Source: the human T2T-CHM13v2.0 reference genome, Homo sapiens
DNA: 64,000 nucleotides
Direction: 5' to 3' (one strand)
NCBI RefSeq assembly: GCF_009914755.1
Contig: NC_060936.1
Below the pieces are notes generated by a model. It searched no databases. It saw only the letters and a list, made by a program, of their open reading frames with translations, and had not been told where the DNA came from. Position 1 is the first letter of the stretch, and each line of letters starts with the position of its first letter. Positions 39,179-56,678 of the stretch are shown here, piece after piece. The translations under genes were made by a program, and so were the position numbers.

Positions 39179-39307
39179 GTTCAATTCTTAAATGCGATGG
39201 AGGCAATTATTATTATTGGTCTGAGTATAGGTCCTGACCATGCCACTTACCAGCTGTGGGAATCTGGGCAATTTACTTAACCTCTTGGAGCCCCAGTTTC
39301 ACCATCT

Positions 39308-39725
39308 GTATATCAGTCAGGATAGGCTGGGTGTTGCTATAGAAACAGATAACCCTGAATCTCAGAGTCTTAACATAACAAAACTTTATTTCTCATTCAT
39401 GTAGTGTGACAAAGGCATACTGGTTTGTTTTGGGGGTGGGGGGGTCTTTGCTCAAAGCTTTTCAGGAAAGTAGGCAAATCGAGGCTTCATGTTGATCTGT
39501 TTTCACAATCATTTCCATAGCAGGGAAAAGGTGATATGCTGAATTGCATGCTCTGTTTTAAAGCTTTCACCTGAAAATGGCATATATCACTTGTACTTAC
39601 ATTTTATTAGCTGAAATGAGCAAATGGCAATACATAAATTCAAGAGGGTGAAGCAGAGTAATCCTAACATGTGCCTGGAAAGAGAACCAGAATTTCTTGG
39701 GAAACAGCCTTGATGATTACCCTAA
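39308..39725 (-). mobile_element. MLT1J-like LTR
   Basis: tatcagtcaggataggctgggtgttgc..aaactttatttctcattcatg..catatatcacttgtacttacatttta. Confidence 0.7.
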
Positions 39726-40327
39726 GCTCTTAGATATCATTTTCTCTAGTGGCTTTTAATTTTTTTCATTAAGCAGCTGTGGCTGAAAGTGAGCAGAAAA
39801 TATGGGTGGGCATTACACCTCTAGTCAATCCCCATTTTTCCACAGAGGCCCTGGAGACAGCCATTTAGAATGCTAGGATCTCAAAGAACATGATTGAAAA
39901 CCTACAAATCTTGTTCCAACTCCCATTTTTTAGATAAGAACATTGAGAAGGTTATGGGACCTAGCTCAAGTCACACAGTAGATGAAGGTCAGAAATAGGA
40001 CCAAGACCTAACTCCCAGTCCAGTGCACCTTCCCCTTAGTGACAGTCCACCACCCCAAATATCATCCTTGTTCATGAGGTTCACTGGTACAGCAGGTGGA
40101 GCTGGAAAGGTACACACTAATTATGTAACAATGAAGGGGTTTAAGCCAGAGGAAGGTGCTGGTCATATGTGGGTAGGACATGTACCCAAGAGTCTTTGAA
40201 AGGGGAGTCCCCACCAAGCACAAGCTGGAGGCATCAAGAGGAGGGAAGCACTGGGGGGAGTAGAGTGGCTCTGGGGCCACAGCAGGGGGTAAGGAATCAT
40301 TCAGAGCTGGATTTTGGAGGTGGATGG

Positions 40328-40875
40328 TGCATCAGTCAGGACTTTATGTTGCAAGTGACATAAAAGTCAATTCACACTTACTTAAACAATCAGGAGAATT
40401 TATTGCCTAGGGTAATTGAAAAGTCCAGAGGTGCATCAAGATGCAGGCTGGCTTTATTGTAGCAGCACAATGGATGTCACCAAGAATTCAGGTACTTTGT
40501 TTCTTCCCAGGCTCCAGGATCTCCTTTGTGCAGCCATAGGATGGTTGTCAGAGTTCTTCCCACCGTGTTGTCTGAGGGATGAGGGACAGTTCTTTCTAAT
40601 AGTGCCTGTGGAAAAGAGAGAAAGCTTTTCTTTCCTAAGAACCTCTGCAAACATGTTCCAATAACTCATGGATCTTGAGGCTGGCTACATGTATTTATCC
40701 CTAAACCAATCATGTGCCCAGGAGGTGGGCTATACTAATGGGCTGAAGCCAGTCTACCCAAATAATATGGCTGAGAAGAGGGGAGTGCTGGCTTCAGAAA
40801 GGATATTTAGGCTACTGTTTGGAAAGGAAACATGGATGTTGGGAGACCCCAAACATAAGACTATCCATCACTGCT
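40328..40875 (-). mobile_element. MLT1K-like LTR
   Basis: tgcatcagtcaggactttatgttgcaagtgacataaaa..ccctaaaccaatca..ctatccatca. Confidence 0.65.
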
Positions 40876-41106
40876 GAGTGGACAGAGGGGAGAGAAGATG
40901 GGGTTTGAGGTGGGAGGAAAGCAGCTTACTCAATAAGAGTGAGTCTGTCCATCAGAACTTCCACTAGGCCTGGTGAGTCCTGGACCCTAGTCTCTATATT
41001 ATGCCACTGTTTCCCTGTCTGAAATATTGTATGGCCCCTGGCTGCCTTTCAACAGATCTAGATTTTCCATTCGGGGTGCAAGAGCCTTGGAAAAGTAATC
41101 TTGGAG

Positions 41107-41650
41107 TGTGTTAACCATGCCTTTTATTTTCCGTATGTTGATGCTTTGACTTCTGAGGCCTTGCTGACCCTTAGGGACTGCCCTTCCCAGGGTTAGCCAA
41201 TTATTACAGGTAGTAAACAACTAGGCTACTGAGCATGCTTTTCATCTGCAAACCAACCACCAGAGCCCACACTCCAACCACCTCCTGTATCAGTCTCTCA
41301 TACTCTGGGATCACTGCTATAATTACCCAAGGCCAGGTACCACACAACCAGGGACAGCCCCTATACCGCAGAGACTGCCGAAATTATTCAAACTAGCCAA
41401 AAATAAGCATGCTTACCCTGCTTTGCTTGTTCCTGCCTGTGATACCACAACAAAGTCTTTGGCCCACAGCTTCCCCTCTCTCCCTTGCCTCCTGACCAAG
41501 GTTAATGCTTCTCCATGTGCCCCCCACTGCCCAGTGGCACACATCCTCCTCTTGGGAACTGTGAGTAGCAAACTATCTTTTCAATGGCAGTCATCCCTTG
41601 ATCTATTGGATTCACACACCTCAAATTTTCTATTCACACACTATATTTTT
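41107..41650 (+). mobile_element. MER74A-like (ERVL) LTR
   Basis: gatgctttgac..ggccttgctgaccc..gggactgccc..gaaattattcaaactagccaa..cttgggaactgtgagt..aaactatcttttcaatggcagtc. Confidence 0.8.
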
Positions 41651-42110
41651 TAAGTGAGGATATGAAGATGGCTGATTTTAACCCCCTACATCTCTTACCT
41701 TTGGCTCTTTGTCTCTGGAATCTTCCCTAAATGATACATGGTCTCTGCTCTAGATATACCTTCTCCAACACCTGCAGCAATTGTTTCTGCAGAATGAGGT
41801 TGAAGAAAGCAGCAGTTGCCTCCATCTGAGTGGAGGACCAATCTTCACAGACAGGTGAGCCAAATTTCTCTTCCCACTCAGCTCCACTCTCTCTTTCAAT
41901 ATCACCACATTCAGCAGCTAGAATGCATCTCTCCTGAAGCATTTACCTTATTCACCTTCTAATGCATCCTCTCTATAGGCGCCAGTGCTTTGGCAAAACT
42001 TCTTAACACTTAGTTGATGTGGCTGCTACATTCTGGAATTTGGGAGCATATTCCTGCAGTTGTTGCCAAGTAAGAGAACAAAGAGGCAGGTTGGAACGAG
42101 AAAGGGGATC

Positions 42111-42605
42111 TGTATTCATCAGGGTCCCAGCAGGAAACAGATGGTACGTTCAAAAAAGACAAGAAAAGTTTATGGATCTATTTACAGGGGCAGGGACAGG
42201 GGCAGGCTCAAGGAGACAACCAAGGAATGGTAAAGCACCGAGGGGCTGGCATCAGAGGCGAGCTACTAATACACCAGATCTAAAGGGGCCAGGGAAGGAG
42301 TGGTGTTTCTGGAACCCTCCACATGACCTGTGATTGTGCAAGGGAGCTCACCTGACAGGAGCCATGGCCATAGGTAGGCAAACAACCATTGCCAAAACTA
42401 TAGCCTGGCAGGGAGGGAGCAGAGGGAAGAAATATCTTCCTCCTCCTTCCCCACCTATTCTCTTGCTGCTGCCTCTCATTGCTCTAACCCAACTGAAAGC
42501 TAGAGGACAAGGCTGGACTTTCATGTGGTTCATAGTGATCAGCCTCCTAGGGACAGAGCAGGGCAGAGAAGAGCAGATGGTAGTTCTGAAAGGGCAGATA
42601 ACCAG
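42111..42605 (-). mobile_element. Old ERVL-class LTR (LTR67B-like)
   Basis: tgtattcatcagggtcccagcaggaaacagatgg..tcagcctcctagggacagagcagggcagagaag. Confidence 0.6.
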
Positions 42606-43404
42606 TGTAAGGTCTGTGTTCTATGTTGGTTACCCAGAGCACAGCTGAAGAAAGCTTTGGCCAGAGAAGTCAAGGAAGCAAGGAAGTATAGGTGGAGACA
42701 TATATGAAATCCTCTACTTAGCCAACTGCTTCTTTTTCGGCCACTTTAGGATGGTTAACAAAAGAAAACATGGTGGTATATTACAAGGGGAGTCATGACG
42801 GGCATCAAGTAAAGAGTATAGGACTTGGAGTCACAGGACATAATTCATACTAAAGTGTCAATGACTGACAATGCCATTGCTCCACTAAGGAGACACACTA
42901 AACCTAGATTAGTGAGACATACTATCCAGAAGGAAATGGGCCAGGTTGATGAAGGATGAAGACAGGGTCTACTGAAAGATAGTAAGGATGAGAGACTGAG
43001 AGGAAAAAGGATTCAGAGACAATCTCTTTCCATTTTTCAGTTTGTTCAGAATGCATTTCCACTAGAATTTGCCTCATCAATCCAAAGATGTCACACCTTC
43101 ATTACCCTGCTTTTAGAGCCATTTTAATGTTTCCATATGGGGAACAAGAGTAGAGATGAGAAGTTACCATGGCCAAGCCAGGAGGAGACTGACTTGGATC
43201 CCAAGATATATCACCAGAAATTGTATGTTTGGGTTAAACAAAAAGAATTTTTTTGCAGTAAATTGATAGCCCTTATCTCCCTTGTATAAGCTTGTGCTGG
43301 TCTTAAAGGGATGAACTGGGAAGAAGTGAGGTATTCTGTCTTTATCACAATTACATATTAGAAGTGCAATTCAGAGAACTTCAACTTCAAGACTCAAATC
43401 TAAG

Positions 43405-43898
43405 AGATGAATGGTGGCCTCCAAGATGGCCCCCTGTAATCCTTAATGCATGGCATTTATGACTTTTTGTAGTTTCCTCCTCATTTGAATGAGGGCTACA
43501 CCACTGGACCATTAGAACTTGTATGACTTCCAAGGATAGGTCATAAGAAAGACAGCAGCCTCTTTCATAGTCTATGGAATTGCTTGCTTTGAAGGAAGCC
43601 AGCCGCTATGCTGTGATGATGCTCAAGCACGCCTGTGGAGAGATCCATACAAAGAGGAACTGAGGCCTCCTGCCAGCAGTCAGCACCAGTTTGCCAGTCA
43701 TATGGATGAACAACCTTGAGAGCAGATCCTCCAGTTCTCGTCAAGCTTCAGATGACTGCAGCCCTGGCTAACATCAACCACATGAGAGATCCCAAAGCAG
43801 AACCAAGTTTTTGACCCACAGGAAGAGTGAGAGGTAATAGATGATTATCATTGCTTTAAACCGCCAAGTTTGGGGTGGTGCAATAGATCACTAATACA
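43405..43898 (+). mobile_element. MLT1F-like LTR
   Basis: tggcctccaagatggcccc..gaagccagccgctatgctgtga..gaactgaggcctcctgcc..cttcagatgactgcagccc..gcaatagatcactaataca. Confidence 0.8.
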
Positions 43899-44104
43899 AG
43901 TGGTAATAATTTTCATGAAAATATATGCTTCCACAGTTTATAATTTTTTTTCCCATCCATTTACTCACTTACTCAACATTGAATCACTTGATAAATATTT
44001 GCTGAACATCTGCTATGTGCCCAGGAAAGGAAACATAGCTGTGAACTAAACAGGCTACAATTTCTGTTCTCGTTGAGCATACAGTCTCATGTCTCTTGAT
44101 TAAA

Positions 44105-44520
44105 GGAACCATAGTGTCATAATTAGGTTCATGGGCTCTGGGGACAGCCTGCCATCAAGTCTTTTCTTGGCCATCAAGTCTTCCTAGCCATATAGCCCTG
44201 GACAAGTTGCTCCATCTCAGTTAACCTCATTTTCCTTATCCATAAAATGAGCTTAAGAATAGTAACTACTCCATAGGAGCATTGTAAGAAATAAATGAGA
44301 TGATAAAAGTTTTTTCTAGTGCTGGGCACCTAGTAAGTGCTCTGTAAATTGTACCTGCTGTTATGAGTAACCTTAGAGCATCTCAGGAAAGTATGTGAGT
44401 GTTCTTGGTCCCATTTTACAGGTGATAACTCAGCCTCAGAGAGGCCAAGTGACTTTGCTCAAGGTCACAAAGATGAAGGACTTGCATTCCCATCTTCAGA
44501 CTCTATGGCCGAGTGCTCAT
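44105..44520. mobile_element. Two MIR elements (+ then -)
   Basis: ccctggacaagtt..ccttatccataaaatga; cccattttacaggtg..cagagaggccaagtgactttgctcaaggtcac. Confidence 0.7.
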
Positions 44521-44654
44521 CTGAAGTTCCACAAGAGATAGTTCCTCTGGGAGAGACCATGATTTGGGCCCCACTTCAGATGTAGGCTGTATCCTTAGCT
44601 GACAGTGTATTGCCTTCTCTTGGTAAAAAATTATTCCCCTTTATCCTCAAAAAG

Positions 44655-45355
44655 TTATTTTTAGTAGAACTTTTTTTTCTTAGAATAGTTTTAGATTTAC
44701 AGGAAAATTATGAAGGTATTCCAGAGAGTTCCCATATCTCCCATACTCAGTTTCTCTCATTATTAATAGCTTATATTACTATAGCACATTTCTCACAAAT
44801 AATGAACCAATACTGATACATTATTATTAACTAAAGTCCACGGGTTATTTAGATTTCTATAGTTTTTGCCTAATGTCTTTTCCTTTCTGGGATGCCATTG
44901 GATACCACATTGCACTTACTCACCATGTCTCTTTAGTCTCTTCTTGGCTGTGACAATTTCTTAGACTCATCTTGTTTTTGACGGCTTTGAAGGTTTTGAG
45001 GAGTACTGGTCAAGAATTTGTAGGATGTCCCTTTGTTGGAATTTGTCTGATGTTTTTCTCATGGTTAGGTTTGGGTAATGGGTTTTTGGGAGGAAGAGCA
45101 CAGAGCTAAGGTGCCATTTTATTGTGTCATATCAAGGGTACATACCATCAAAATGATTTATCGCTGTTGATACTGAACTTGATCACCTAACTGAGGTACT
45201 GTTTGTCAGGCTTCTCAACTGTAAAGTTACTCTTCCCCCACACTTTCCATACTGTATTTTTTTTTTTGGAAGGAAGACACCATGTGTAGCCTACACTTAA
45301 AGAGTGGAGATTTGTGCTCGCCCTTCTGTGACAGCAAAGAGTACACAAATTATCA
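44655..45355 (-). mobile_element. L1MC-type 3' end
   Basis: ttagaatagttttagatttacaggaaaatt..aatgaaccaatactgatacattattattaactaaagtcca..ttttgaggagtactggtca. Confidence 0.85.
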
Positions 45356-45789
45356 GTTTTAACCTGATTTTCAGGTGGTGGAATTTCCCCATTTCCCCAT
45401 TATTTTTGAAGCTAAGAAGGGGGATCTAGACCCATACAGTGGAGGACAGGATCTAGTACCAGAAGCTTTGAGCTCTGAGTAGCCCCAATTGGTCTGGAAA
45501 AATGTGTCCTAGAGGTGGGGGATTCAAAATATCTCATTCAGGAGGGATCAGAATTAATTAGTAAGTCAACTGGGCTGATTCATGTTCACAATTAATTATG
45601 CCAGAAGTTGACAATTACTCCTGGCAACAGGATATTGGAGAAGCCTAGGAGACTAAGCAAAGCTCTGAGAAGGCATCTTATCTGTTGGGGGAGAACACCT
45701 CCCCCAACCTCAAAAGCAAACCCTATAGTGGAGTGATGGGCAAAGCATTAGGCTTGTAGTTTACAAAATAAGAAGTATGAATAGCCTAC

Positions 45790-46170
45790 ACTTATATGAA
45801 ATGCAAATAAAACACATATCCATTTTTGCTTCCCAAAATGGCAAAGGCCAAAAACTATATAATACCTAGTACTGATACGGGTGTAAGAAAATGGATATTC
45901 TTATATACTGACAAGAGGGCAATTTATAATATAGAAGAGTTAAAAAATATTCACACTCTGAATTAGATACTCAACTGCTATGAATTTATCCTAGCTTATC
46001 ATAAATATTGGCAGAGATTAAGCTATAAGGATATTTTCATTATTCTATTATTTATAATGTTGAAAAATCAGAATTAACCTCAATGTTTAGTGACAAGTGA
46101 TTGGCTAAATACATTTTGTTTTGTCTATGTGATAGAGTTTCATGAAGTTGCAAAAATAGTCCTATAGAAA
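45790..46170 (+). mobile_element. L1ME-type fragment
   Basis: gaaatgcaaataaaac..aaaatggcaaag..tattatttataatgttgaaaaat..cctcaatg. Confidence 0.55.
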
Positions 46171-46194
46171 AGGGTTTCTCAAACTGTGCTGGGG

Positions 46195-46845
46195 GAGATG
46201 TACATGGTCAGTGCCTCACCTATTTCCCCTCCCTCACGATTTCGGTGTATGCTAGCAGGATTCCAACTGCCAGCGCCTGACTTCTTTGCCTGAAGGCTGT
46301 CTCTGGCCATTGAACTTTTGTTTGCCTTCCCTGATGAAATGACATCCCTTTCTCCAATATCGTTCAACCAATGACTGGCAGGAGCTGATCTATAACAGTG
46401 GTTCTCAACTGAAGGTGAAAGTTTGCCAATGCCTGAAGACATTTTTTGTTGTCAGGACTGTAGAGAGGTAGGGGTGCTACTGGCATCTAGCAAGTAGAGG
46501 TCAGGGATGCTGCCAAACATCTTGTAATGCACCGGACAGCCAGCCCTATAACAAAGAATAATATAGCCCTAAACATCAATAATGCCGAGGTTGAGAAACT
46601 CTTGTCTATAAATATTCCCGTTCAGATCCCTTCAAATGGGATAATCTTGAAGTGTGTGTTTTACCCTAATTCCCACTGGAATTAATCTCTAGTTGCCCAC
46701 ATTGATGGCTGGCTTGACAATGCACCTTCCCTCCCCTCACTTCCCTCCATCACCCACTGCTGTTTCCTGTACCTCTCAAATAAACTACTTGATCTTACAT
46801 CCTTGCCTCTGGATCTATTTTTGGGATAACCCAAACTTAGCCAGT
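46195..46845 (+). mobile_element. LTR16-type (ERVL) LTR split by MER20
   Basis: caactgccagc..ttctttgcctgaaggctgtctctggcc..ccaatgactg..aaataaactacttg..tttgggataacccaaacttag. Confidence 0.7.
46396..46603. mobile_element. MER20 hAT-Charlie element
   Basis: cagtggttctcaac..ggtgctactggcatctag..gggatgctgccaaacatc..gccgaggttgagaaac; 8-bp TSD atctataa/gtctataa. Confidence 0.92.
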
Positions 46846-47479
46846 GGAACCATATACTTGCCGGAGGATTTGATGATACCTTCCTTGGTCAACCAAGTGT
46901 CAACAAAGGGAAATACTACATACTCTAGCACCTTTTTCTTTTCTTTTCTTTTCTTTTTAAATTCACAATGCACAATTGCATGTTCCTAGGACTCCCAAAG
47001 CAGAAGTAATCAAACCTCTTTTTTCCTTTCTCTTCCTTTCTTTTCTTTTTTTCCTTTCTCTTTCTTTTTTTTCTTTCTTGGAAACTTTTGAGGGAATATA
47101 TCAACACTTTAGCTCTTGAGACCTCATGGAATTAGTGGTAAATTCACCCGAACATATCTTAGAAATTGCTGGTATAAAGGAGTATTTAATAACATAAAAA
47201 GTTGTTTATACCTTTTCCTCCATTCTTGTCTAGTTCTCTGAGATATTTTCATCTTGGTGTCTGCATGCCTAGCAGAGCCCTGTTCAGAGCTGGACTGACA
47301 TGTAGTTGGTGAATGAATGAATGAGTGATGGGCTGCAGTCCTTCTGCTTTCCTCCTCTGTCTAGGCCCTCTCAGCTTCACATCTCAGCTCTCCCCAGAAG
47401 CCAGGGCACCCTTACCCCTGGGTTTTAGGGCCCCCAGTACAGTTGGGAGAGAGGAACGAATGGAGACCCCACTGCTGAG

Positions 47480-48505
47480 CTATAACCAAATATGTGTATT
47501 GAGCACCTACTGCATGCCAGCCCTGTGCTGAGGACTCAATATACATCACTTCATTTACTCCTCATGCCAATCCTATGAAGCAAGTGCTATCAGTTTCATC
47601 CCTATTTTGGGGGATGTGAGGCCCAGAGAGGAGAGAGCACCTGCTCAAGGTCACACAGCCATCAGTTACTAGCTACAATTCCAGCACCAACTTGGCTGAC
47701 TACATAGTCCTTATCCTTAACCACTATTCTATGTTAGCAAGGGGTTGAGGGTAGGGTGAGGGTCTTGGAGAGTGAGACACAGCTTGCTCAATGGAATGAG
47801 AGGCAGCATAGTAAAGTAGTTAGATATTTAGACTCCAGAGCCAGGCTGCCTGAACATGCATCCTAACTCTGCTTTCAGCTGAGTGACCCTGTGAAAGTTA
47901 CCTAACCTATGTCTCAATTTTCTCATCTATAAAATGAAGACAGCAAGGACTTTTACCTCCTAAGGTTGTTATGAGGTTTAAATGAAATAATATCTGTAGA
48001 TGTGTTTAATAAGCACTTTTAAAGCACTGCTTAGTAAACACTATGTAAGTGTTAAATAAATAATTTATGCATCTCTGTGTGCCAGGCTTTGTCACCAACA
48101 TTATCTCATTGAAGTAAACAGAAAATGGAATATGCAAGGGTGAGCTCTGATATCAAACTGCCTTGGTTTGAATCCTAGCTCTCATAACATACCAGCTATG
48201 TGTCCTTAGGCAAATTACTGAACCTATTTGGCCTCAGTTTTCCCATCTGTAAAATGGGGGATAATAGGTTCTTCACCTCTCAGGGTAGTAGTGAGAATTA
48301 ACTGGAATAATAGGCATAGTCAACTGCTGTGTTAGTTATAAGCATTTATTTTTATTTAACCCATAACAATATATGACGTAGGTACTATTATTACCCCCAT
48401 TTGCAGAATAGGAAACTGAGGCACAAAGGAATGATGTCACTTGTCCAGGTCACACAATTGGGAGGTGGCAGCATCAGGATTGGAGTTTATACCTGTCTGA
48501 CTCCA
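47480..48505. mobile_element. Cluster of four MIR elements in both orientations
   Basis: MIR cores at about 47480-47730 (-), 47800-48060 (+), 48135-48330 (+) and 48340-48505 (-). Confidence 0.75.
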
Positions 48506-48962
48506 GTAAAACTCCACTTTTGAGGGGTCTGTTCTTTTTTGAGAGGGAGCCACCAGCCCCTCCCCTACATGCATATGGGGACTCAGAGGGATATCATTGG
48601 CTGAATCTAGGGGATTCTTCTGCAGACCAAGGTCTAGGATAACTCAACAAAAGCAAAAAGACAAACAGTCATTGCAATGGAATTGCTGCCTTGCTTAAAG
48701 TAAACATCTCAATTAACACAGAAGACCTTTTTGGTTCTGTAGCTGCAGGCAAGTTCATCTTTTGGATCAAATTGTTAACAGCCTGTATAGGAGGCTACAC
48801 ACAAATCAACAGCCATGGTGCCTTTTGGTGCAGATGTGTGCATGTGGTGTGTGCTCCAGTGGGGCTGTGCAAGGGGGGAATGGACTAGAGTCAGCTTCAA
48901 ATATTTCGATGTGACCCTCAGTAAGAAATACATTTTACATCACAACCAATACATCTCCTCAA

Positions 48963-49009
<47 letters not shown>
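48963..49009. repeat. (CT)n(CA)n compound microsatellite
   Basis: tctctctc followed by cacacaca; lies within a probable hAT-Charlie remnant at about 48890-49135. Confidence 0.9.
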
Positions 49010-49012
<3 letters not shown>

Positions 49013-49299
49013 GCATACATATATAATTGCTTGCATTGGGTTATTTTTTCATTTTTTAAAATGCTAGTTCAACCCAGTAAATTAGTTTCATGACCTTGTG
49101 GCACCATGTTGCAGCCCACAGTTTGGAAAACCTTAGATTAGATTGTGGTTGCCCAAACCATATGTTGGGACACTCAGATATTGCAGGGAAGATGGGAAGA
49201 TGCCCTTGAAGTGTTGCCATAGGATTAAGGGCAAGTCTATCAACTGGAGTGAGATAGACCCTCTCACTAGATGTTTGTAAAGTTCCACTGCCTTTCAGA

Positions 49300-49750
49300 A
49301 GCCCCTGCCTTCTTGTCTGACCACCTCTCCCACCATCCTCCTTCTCACTAATTTCATCCAGCTACATTGACCCCTTTGCTTGCTCTTCCTATAACACATC
49401 AAGCATGTCCACATCTCAAAGCCTTTGCATCCAGCTGCTCCTAATGCTTTGAACCCTTTGCCTCCCAGGTCTTGCTTCCTTGAGGTCGGTCTCTGCAAAG
49501 ATACCAGCTTATCAGCAAAACTTTCCTGCACTTCTCCTGCAAAATGGGAGCTCTCCGTCATTTTTATATATGTGTCTTGCTTTATTGTTCTTCTTAAGTT
49601 ATCACCACTTAATATATATTTACTCATTGTCTAGCTCTCTCCACTCAAAAGTAAGTTGCATAAAGGCAAAAAATTTGTTTCTTTTCTTGCTGTATCCCAG
49701 GGTTTAGAGTAGTGCCTGGTGCATAGCAAGCACTTAGTAAGCTTTTGTCA
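49300..49750 (+). mobile_element. L2 3' region
   Basis: gcctttgcatccagctgctcc..tgctgtatcccaggg..gtagtgcctggtgcatagcaagcacttagtaa. Confidence 0.75.
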
Positions 49751-50799
49751 GATGGCACAGTGCCCACCACACCATAAAGACTTTGTAAATATTAGTGGTT
49801 ATTTTATCGTGTAGGGTCATTTTTTTGGCATATATCTCCTAGGAAATCTTTAAAAAAATAACTCCATTGAGAAATAATTCATATGCCATACAATTCACCC
49901 AAAGTATACAATTCAATGTTTTTTAATATATTCAGAGATGTGTGAAAACATCACCATAGTCAATTTTAGAGCATTTTTATAACTGCAAAAAGAAACCTTG
50001 TACTCTAAAAAGTTTTCAAATCAACAATTAAAAATTGTATATATTTATCATGTATAACATGTTGTTTTGAAATACATATTTATTGTAGAATGGCTAAATC
50101 AAGCTAATTAACATATGTATTACCTCACATATCTATTTTTGTGGTGAAGACATTTACAATCTAATCTCTTAGCAATTTTCAAGAAATTTGAATTTTCAAG
50201 AAATCTGTATTTCAGTCAATACATTGTTATTAACTGTAGTCACCATGTTGTACAATAGATCTCTTGAACTTATTCTTCCTAACTGAAATTGTGTACCCAT
50301 TGGCCAGCATCTCCCCAACCCTCAGCCCAAGCCCAGTCCCTGGGAACCACCATTTTACTGTCTGTTGTGAGTTCAACTTTTTTGGAGTCCACATATCTAT
50401 GAGACTATGTATTTCTATTTGTCTAGTTCTATGCCTGGCTTATTTCACTTAACGTAATGTCCTCCAGTTTTATCAATGCTGTCGCAAATGAGAGGATTTT
50501 TTTAAATGACCAAATAGTATTCCAATGTGTATACATAATGTTTGTACCACATTTTCCTTTTTTTATTATCTTATTTTACTTTAAGTTCTGGGATACAAGT
50601 GCAGAACGTGCAGGTTTGTTACATAGGTATACATGTGCCATGGTGGTTTGCTGCACCTATCAACCCATCATCTAGGTTTTAAGCCCCACATGCATTAGGT
50701 ATTTGTCCTAATGCTCTCCCTCCCCTTGCCCCCCAACCCCCGATAGGCTCCCGTGTGTGATATTCCGTTCCCTATGTCCATGTGTTCTCATTGTTTAAC

Positions 50800-54628
<3,829 letters not shown>

Positions 54629-54691
54629 CATGATGCTAGCTGGTTATTTTGCACATTAGTTGATGCAGTTTCTTCACAATGTCATTGGTCT

Positions 54692-55718
54692 TTATAGTTT
54701 GGTGTGTTTTTGCAGTGGCTGGTGCTGGTTTTTCCTTTCCATGTTTAGTGCTTCCTTCAGGAGCTCTTGTAAGGCAGGCCTGGTGGTAACAAAATCCCTC
54801 AGCATTTGCTTGTCTGTAAAGGATTTTATTTCTCCTTCACTTATGAAGCTTAGTTTGGCTGGATATAAAATTCTGGGTTGAAGATTCTTTTCTTTAAGAA
54901 TGTTGACTATTGGCCCCCACTCTTTTCTGGCATGTATGGTTTCTGCAGAGAGATCTGCTCTTAGTCTGATGGGCTTCCATTTGTAGGTAACCTGACCTTT
55001 CTTTCTGGCTGCGCTTAACATTTTTTCCTTCATTTCAACATTGGAGAATGTGACGATTATGTATCTTGGGGTTGCCCTTCTTGAGGATTATCTTAGTGGT
55101 GTTCTCTGTATTTCCTGAATTTGAATATTGGGCTGTCTTGCTAGGTTAAGGAAGTTCTCCTGGATAATACCCTGAAGTGTGTTTTCCAATTTGGTCCCCT
55201 TCTCACTGTCACTTTCAGGTACACCAATCAATCGGAGGTTTGATCTTTTCACATAGTCCCGTATTTCTTGGAGGCTTTGTTCATTCCTTTTCATCTTTTT
55301 TCTCTAATCTTTTCTTCATACCTTATTTCAGTAAGTTGATCTTCAGTCTCTGATATCCTTTCTTCTGCTTGATTGATTCAGCTATGGATACTTGTGTATG
55401 CCTCATGAAGTTCTCGTGCTGTGTTTTTAGCTCCATCAGGTCATTTATTCTCTACTCTAAACTGGTTATTCTAGTTAGCAGTTCCTGTAACCTTTTATCA
55501 GGGTTCTCAGCTTCCTTGCATTGTGTTAGAACATGCTCCTTTAGTTCAGAGGAGTTTGTTATTACCTACCTTCTGAAGCCTACTTCTGTCAATTCGTCAA
55601 ACTCCTTCTCTGTCCAGTTTTGTGCCCTTGCTGGAGAGGAGTTGCAATCATTTGGAGGAGTAGAGGCATTCTGGTTTTTGGAATTTTCAGTATTTTTGCG
55701 CTGATTTTCCCTCATCAT
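54692..55718 (-). pseudogene. L1 ORF1 (RNA-binding protein), disrupted
   Basis: MKRNEQSLQEIRDYVKRSNLRLIGVPE and KEKMLSAARKKGQVTYK..PRILYPAKLSF..RPALQELLKEAL fragments. Confidence 0.9.
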
Positions 55719-56644
55719 GGATTTATCTACCTTTGATCTTTGAGGCTGATGACCTTTGGATGGAGTTTTTGTGTGGAGGTCTTTTTTGTTGATGTTGTTG
55801 CTGTTGCTTTCTGTTTGTTAGTTTTTATTCTAACAGTCAGGTCCCTCTCCTGCAGGTCTGCTGCAGTTTGCTAGAGGTCCACTCCAGACGCTGTTTGCCT
55901 GGGTATCACCAGCAGAGGCTGCAGAACAGCAAAGATTGCTGCCTGCTCCTTCTCTGGAAGCTTTGTCTCACAGGGGCATCAGCCTGATGCCAGCTGGAGC
56001 TCTCCTGTATGAGGCATCTGTTGACCCCTGCTGGAAGGTGTCTCCCAGTCAGGAGGCACAGGGGTTAGGGACCCACTTGAGGAGGCAGTCTGTCCCTTAG
56101 CAGAGCTTGAGCGCTGTGCTGGGAGAATCCTGCTTATCTCCAGCACTCTTCAGAGCTGGAAGGCAGGAAAGTTCAAGTCCATTGAAGCTGTGCCCACAGC
56201 CGCCTCTTCCCCCAGGTGCTCTGTCCCAGGGAGCTGGGAGTTTTATCTATAAGCCCCTGACTGGGGCTGCTGCTTTTCTTTCAGAGATGCCCTGCCAAGT
56301 GAGGAGGAATCTAGAGAGGCAGTCTGGCCACAGCTGCTTTACTGTGCTGTGGTGAATTCCACCCAGTCCAAACTTCCTGGCCTCCTTAGCACTGTCAGGG
56401 GATAACCACCTACTCAAGTCTCAGTAATGGCAGATGCCCCTCCCCCCACCAAGCTTGATCATCCCAGGTCAAATTCAGACCTCTGTGCTGGCAGTGAGAA
56501 TTTCAAGCAAGTGGTTCTTAGCTTGCTGGTGTCCGTGGGAATGGGACCCACTGAGCAAGACCACTTGACTCCCTGTCTTCAGCCCCCTTTCCAGGGGAGT
56601 GAATGATTCTGTCTCGCTGGGGTTCCAGGCACCACTGGGATATG

Positions 56645-56645
<1 letters not shown>

Positions 56646-56677
<32 letters not shown>

Positions 56678-56678
56678 A
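56646..56678. repeat. (CAA)n microsatellite in the L1 5'UTR
   Basis: About 10 perfect aac units. Confidence 0.95.
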
